From: Microcystis aeruginosa NIES-843
Lineage (GTDB): Bacteria > Cyanobacteriota > Cyanobacteriia > Cyanobacteriales > Microcystaceae
Length of the DNA: 32,000 bases
NCBI RefSeq assembly: GCF_000010625.1
Contig: NC_010296.1
Location: forward strand, 5,280,001 to 5,312,000
Reading direction: 5' to 3'
Shown here: piece by piece, positions 28,762 to 32,000 of the stretch
Layout: the number at the start of each line of letters is the position of its first letter
How positions within the stretch are numbered: the stretch's first letter is position 1
Position numbers and translations under genes: made by a program
Notes under the pieces: model-generated
What the model was told of the DNA's origin: nothing
The model's input: only the letters and a program-made list of their open reading frames with translations
Databases searched by the model: none

Positions 28762-28815
28762 ATACAAGCAATCATCCCTCACAATATCAGAGCAAAAGCG
28801 ATCACCTTTGATGTT

Positions 28816-29445
28816 TTAATAGATTTGAGGTTGAAAATTATCAGGAATATCGAGTTCAAATACTTGGTCATGAATCCGAGCCACATAAAACCCTTCTTGC
28901 AGAATTTTTTCGCGTAATTCGTTCGATAAGTCAACCGATGCTAGTATGCCATAGAGTTTTTTGTCTTTGTGTTCAGGAAAAAAGCGGCGAAACCGTTGCA
29001 AAATACTTTTTAATTGTGTAATAGACTCTTCTCTGGCATGACTTTTAACCTCAACGATATAGGCAGTATTTAGCTCACCATTGGTATAGGCAAGGACATC
29101 AATTTCTAGGTGTTGTCCATCTTTACTGACTCGCACACTGGGACTAACCACTTCCATGCCAAAGCGTTGTCTGAGAATCGTTTCCATTGAGGGGAGAGCA
29201 AGTCCTTCGGTAAAGCTGCCGAATTTGGCTCCGAGTCCCCCAATTTGTTTACCTAATTCTCTGAGTTGTCGGTCGGTTTCCTGTTGTCGTCGCTCGGTTT
29301 CCTTCTGTTGTTGGGCGTTTTCCTTCTGTTGTTGACTAACTTCCTTCAGTTGTTTGTCAGTTTCTTTTTGAGCAGCAGTTAATTCAGCTTGAGCAGTCGC
29401 TAATTCGGCTAAGAGTCGCCATACGTCTTCTGATGTAGTTGCCAT
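28816..29445 (-). CDS. Coiled-coil + PD-(D/E)XK-like protein, paralogue P3
   Basis: 209 aa. This is the most diverged copy, but the same D...ExK motif is retained. Confidence 0.85.
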   Translation of the reverse strand: MATTSEDVWRLLAELATAQAELTAAQKETDKQLKEVSQQQKENAQQQKETERRQQETDRQLRELGKQIGGLGAKFGSFTEGLALPSMETILRQRFGMEVVSPSVRVSKDGQHLEIDVLAYTNGELNTAYIVEVKSHAREESITQLKSILQRFRRFFPEHKDKKLYGILASVDLSNELREKILQEGFYVARIHDQVFELDIPDNFQPQIY

Positions 29446-29460
29446 AGATAATTTTTTCCC

Positions 29461-29543
29461 GATGTCACCTATTCACTATTTTATCGGATTGCCACGCTTG
29501 CCGAAGGCACTGGGGAGCAGACTGCTGATTCAATTGGATAAGG
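29461..29543 (-). repeat. Island cassette, copy C (upstream of P3)
   Basis: 83 bp, near-identical to copy B. Confidence 0.8.
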
Positions 29544-29568
29544 CGGAGGCTAATTCATAGAACAAAAA

Positions 29569-29668
29569 TCACCGCCACCAGCGACTAACATCTTTAATAC
29601 TTTGATACACTTCTCTTAAAGCTACCTCCCCCCCAAAATGAAGGATTAAAAGCAGGTTAGAAATAGTT
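29569..29668 (-). pseudogene. 3' fragment of small gene X
   Basis: Encodes ...LILHFGGEVALREVYQSIKDVSRWWR*. It is truncated at the same junction with hicA as copy A. Confidence 0.45.
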
Positions 29669-29887
29669 TTAGAGTAATTCTAAGAATTCTTCGATAGTTA
29701 AACCCGCTTCTTTAACAATCCCTGCCATTGTATAAGCATTAACCGGATTTGCTCGTGGAATGGTGATAGTCTGTTCTCCATTTGTCATAGTAATATGTTT
29801 TCTCTGTCTAGTGATGCGGAATCCCGCTTTTTCAAAGGCATTAACAGCGCGTAGATGATTAATTCCGGGTAATTTTGGCCTACTTAT
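29669..29887 (-). CDS. hicA: HicA-family toxin, copy 2, with no canonical start codon (possible AUA start)
   Basis: Reads (I)SRPKLPGINHLRAVNAFEKAGFRITRQRKHITMTNGEQTITIPRANPVNAYTMAGIVKEAGLTIEEFLELL*. No ATG, GTG or TTG lies between the upstream in-frame stop and the conserved N-terminus. The ATA at 29887..29885 overlaps the hicB TAA as ATAA. Confidence 0.6.
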   Translation of the reverse strand: MSRPKLPGINHLRAVNAFEKAGFRITRQRKHITMTNGEQTITIPRANPVNAYTMAGIVKEAGLTIEEFLELL

Positions 29888-30078
29888 TCTACTTCTACAT
29901 AACGCACTTCCGCATCTTTGTTTAACTCTTCAATTGTCTCTAAATAGTCTTGTATCGCTTCTTTGATATTTTCTATAGCTTCTGCTTCAGTGTCTCCCTG
30001 TGACCAACATCCGGGTAAACTGGGACACCAAATTGCATAACCTTCTTCGCTTTGTTTGAGTCGAACTTGATAGCGCAT
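29884..30078 (-). CDS. hicB: HicB-family antitoxin, copy 2
   Basis: 64 aa. It differs from copy 1 only at the last residue. Confidence 0.85.
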   Translation of the reverse strand: MRYQVRLKQSEEGYAIWCPSLPGCWSQGDTEAEAIENIKEAIQDYLETIEELNKDAEVRYVEVE

Positions 30079-30151
30079 AAATAGTTACTGTAGTATTTGC
30101 TAGAGTAGGAGCATTCCATTTGAGATAATTTATCTATCTCTTTATACTAAA

Positions 30152-30529
30152 CTAATGTGTATTAAGCCAGTGGCTTGCTTGTTCTACAAATACTGTGGCG
30201 TATTCTAAGGCAATTTTTGTTTGTTCCCTAGTTATTTCAATAACTTGATCATAATCTCCTAATTGTCGTAAATCATAGGTAATTCTTAATGCTTTTGATA
30301 GTTCTAATGATAATTCACCTGTTTGAATAAAATGTTGAGAAAATTGCTGTCGTACCCCTCGATGACTGCGAGTATTGATATTTTTAACTATTAACAGAGC
30401 TTGGACTGTACAATAAATGGCATAATAGCAACGAGAAATACAAGCACGATAATAATTTTTTTCAAGTAATAGGGTGGCCGCTTCTAATTCTTCATTAGCT
30501 TGATTGATATAGGACGAAATTTGGTTCAC
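30152..30529 (-). CDS. HEPN-domain protein (toxin of an MNT-HEPN pair)
   Basis: 125 aa and all-helical in character. The ...SHRGVRQQF... and LRQLGDYD segments are typical of small HEPN proteins (from memory). Its GTG start overlaps the MNT stop as GTGA. Confidence 0.75.
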   Translation of the reverse strand: MNQISSYINQANEELEAATLLLEKNYYRACISRCYYAIYCTVQALLIVKNINTRSHRGVRQQFSQHFIQTGELSLELSKALRITYDLRQLGDYDQVIEITREQTKIALEYATVFVEQASHWLNTH

Positions 30530-30852
30530 AGGACAATCCCTTCTCGGCGAATATTGTCCATTAATGGGGTTTGTCGATGAACAAAGTCTTCATCGGCGAT
30601 GGGAATCAAAGAAATGAAGGTATTATATTTAAGGTCTAGTTGAGTAGCGATGTCTGCCATCCGAATCACTTCATCTCCAGGGGAAATGGGCCCCTTTAAT
30701 ACGACCATAATATCAATATCTGAGTCCTCATTGGCGTTACCCCGCGCTTGTGAACCAAAAAGGATGAGTTTTACTAACCGTTTTCCATAAAACTTTGCTA
30801 ATTCTTGGCGAAATTCTTGTAGTATGGGCATTAGGATTTGTAATTGAGCCAT
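30526..30852 (-). CDS. Minimal nucleotidyltransferase (MNT) antitoxin
   Basis: 108 aa with the motif GSQARGNANEDSDIDIMVV (GSxxRG...DxD). Confidence 0.85.
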   Translation of the reverse strand: MAQLQILMPILQEFRQELAKFYGKRLVKLILFGSQARGNANEDSDIDIMVVLKGPISPGDEVIRMADIATQLDLKYNTFISLIPIADEDFVHRQTPLMDNIRREGIVL

Positions 30853-30898
30853 GATTTTATTACTTAGAAATTATTTTTTGTAATAAATTGTATTGATG

Positions 30899-30930
30899 GA
30901 TGTCACTTATTCACTATTTTATCGGATTTT
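30899..30930 (-). repeat. Island cassette core, copy D (upstream of MNT-HEPN)
   Basis: gatgtcacttattcactattttatcggattt matches the gene-proximal roughly 31 bp of cassettes B and C with one mismatch. Confidence 0.75.
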
Positions 30931-31037
30931 TGCGATTGCGTAGGGAGTGTGGAAAGATGGGGAGGAATGCGATCGCCAATGAAATGTGGATGGGTCATTC
31001 ATTCGACGGCTCATAGCGTTCTAAACTTTTAATAAAA

Positions 31038-31259
31038 TCATCGTTTTTCTTCTCGCCATGCTGCTTGACGGATAGATTCAGGGGTGATATTTCTGTTTTC
31101 CCACAATCCTGCTAGGGCAAAGAAGTCTTGCTCGTTATCAGATAATGTTGTTTGATCTTCGATGATTTCTACAGAGTCAACAAAATCTAAAGCAGTTAAA
31201 ATTTTAGAGAGTGTTTCTGCTTTTTCTTGGTCACGAATGTGTACGATTAGTTGTTTCAT
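31038..31259 (-). CDS. Small acidic protein, antitoxin-like, with no adjacent toxin
   Basis: 73 aa. From memory, the C-terminal FFALAGLWENRNITPESIRQAAWR resembles small cyanobacterial proteins found upstream of PIN toxins. Confidence 0.35.
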   Translation of the reverse strand: MKQLIVHIRDQEKAETLSKILTALDFVDSVEIIEDQTTLSDNEQDFFALAGLWENRNITPESIRQAAWREEKR

Positions 31260-31286
31260 GGTAGTTTATTTTGCATTGATTTGGTA

Positions 31287-31781
31287 TTAATGATCATTGT
31301 CTAATTCTGTTTTTAGCCAATTAAGAATCGGAGAACTAATACGAATTCCATAATCAACTAACTGTTGTGATAAATCTAAAATTTCTTGTTTAGATAGATA
31401 ACCTGCATAAAAACCAACCAAGAGAATTCCTAATGTTCCTTTGACGGGTAATTCCATAGCTTTGGCAACTCTTCTTGCTAATTTCTCATCTATAATTACC
31501 CAGTCTGGTTTGATTGAAATTGCCAAGAGAATAACTTCTAATTCTCCTCGATCTAATCCTAGTAATAGCGGTTCAAGAGGAGATGATGATGCAACTTCTT
31601 GAGCTTGAATCCAATTGGCATTTTTGAGTTCTTTTGCCCCCGGTTTATTATCTCCAGCGATGACAATTTCTTGATAAACTGCCCAAGGAATAATCACTTC
31701 ATTAAATAGCTGATTAAGAAGATCTAATTGATTAATCAAAGATAAGGCGATGATCGGTGTAGAATTAACAATTATCTTCAT
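31287..31781 (-). CDS. DUF3368 (PIN-like) nucleic-acid-binding protein
   Basis: 164 aa, MKIIVNSTPIIALSLINQLDLL..., with the VKGTLGILL motif. Confidence 0.75.
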   Translation of the reverse strand: MKIIVNSTPIIALSLINQLDLLNQLFNEVIIPWAVYQEIVIAGDNKPGAKELKNANWIQAQEVASSSPLEPLLLGLDRGELEVILLAISIKPDWVIIDEKLARRVAKAMELPVKGTLGILLVGFYAGYLSKQEILDLSQQLVDYGIRISSPILNWLKTELDNDH

Positions 31782-32000
31782 TCTCTTTGATTTTTTTGGC
31801 TAATTTACGGCTGGTTTGTATTTCTGATTCCCATTCTTCTGCTGTGTAATCAATAATGGAAAAACCATACTCAGAGAGAAGTGTATAAAATGTATATTTA
31901 TCGCATCCTAATACTTGTGCGCCGATTCCTGCTGAAATTTTTCCTTCTTGATAAAGATGCCCTAATGTATAAATTATGACTTTACGAGAGAATGCTTCTT
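31765..32000 (-). CDS. UPF0175-family small protein (putative antitoxin of DUF3368), partial
   Basis: The minus-strand frame is open to the window edge. It reads ...LGHLYQEGKISAGIGAQVLGCDKYTFYTLLSEYGFSIIDYTAEEWESEIQTSRKLAKKIKENEDNC*. Its 3' end overlaps the DUF3368 start by 17 nt. Confidence 0.65.
   Translation of the reverse strand, partial: EAFSRKVIIYTLGHLYQEGKISAGIGAQVLGCDKYTFYTLLSEYGFSIIDYTAEEWESEIQTSRKLAKKIKENEDNC

Overview
This window is a cyanobacterial chromosomal segment. Support: at least a dozen HIP1 octamers (GCGATCGC), abundant heptanucleotide tandem arrays, and the gene content and order. It looks Microcystis-like to me, but that is judgement rather than a search result. There are three parts. 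(1) nt 953-12270, minus strand: one uninterrupted S10/spc-type ribosomal cluster, rplC-rplD-rplW-rplB-rpsS-rplV-rpsC-rplP-rpmC-rpsQ-rplN-rplX-rplE-rpsH-rplF-rplR-rpsE-rplO-secY-adk. Several of its intergenic spacers are filled with 7-nt tandem arrays. (2) nt 13.2-23.8 kb: housekeeping genes, namely glnB, a membrane protein, a phosphoribosyltransferase, a DUF1232-like protein, prepilin peptidase, accD, a Fur-family regulator, purS, purQ, a CDF transporter, rfbB, rpsP, a KH protein and obg. (3) nt 23.8-32 kb: an accessory island starting immediately after obg. It carries a vapBC-like pair, two hicBA copies, a phd/relE-like pair, MNT-HEPN, UPF0175/DUF3368, two copies of a 213-bp MITE and a tnpB remnant. 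Its most interesting content is three tandem paralogues of an uncharacterised protein with an N-terminal coiled coil and a C-terminal PD-(D/E)XK-like motif. Each paralogue sits in a repeated modular unit, and together they show recombination mosaicism and heptad-preserving length variation. Most toxin genes in the island are visibly inactivated while their antitoxin partners remain intact. I recognised no tRNA, rRNA or CRISPR array. All homology calls come from reading the translated ORFs and from memory of the families; no database was searched.
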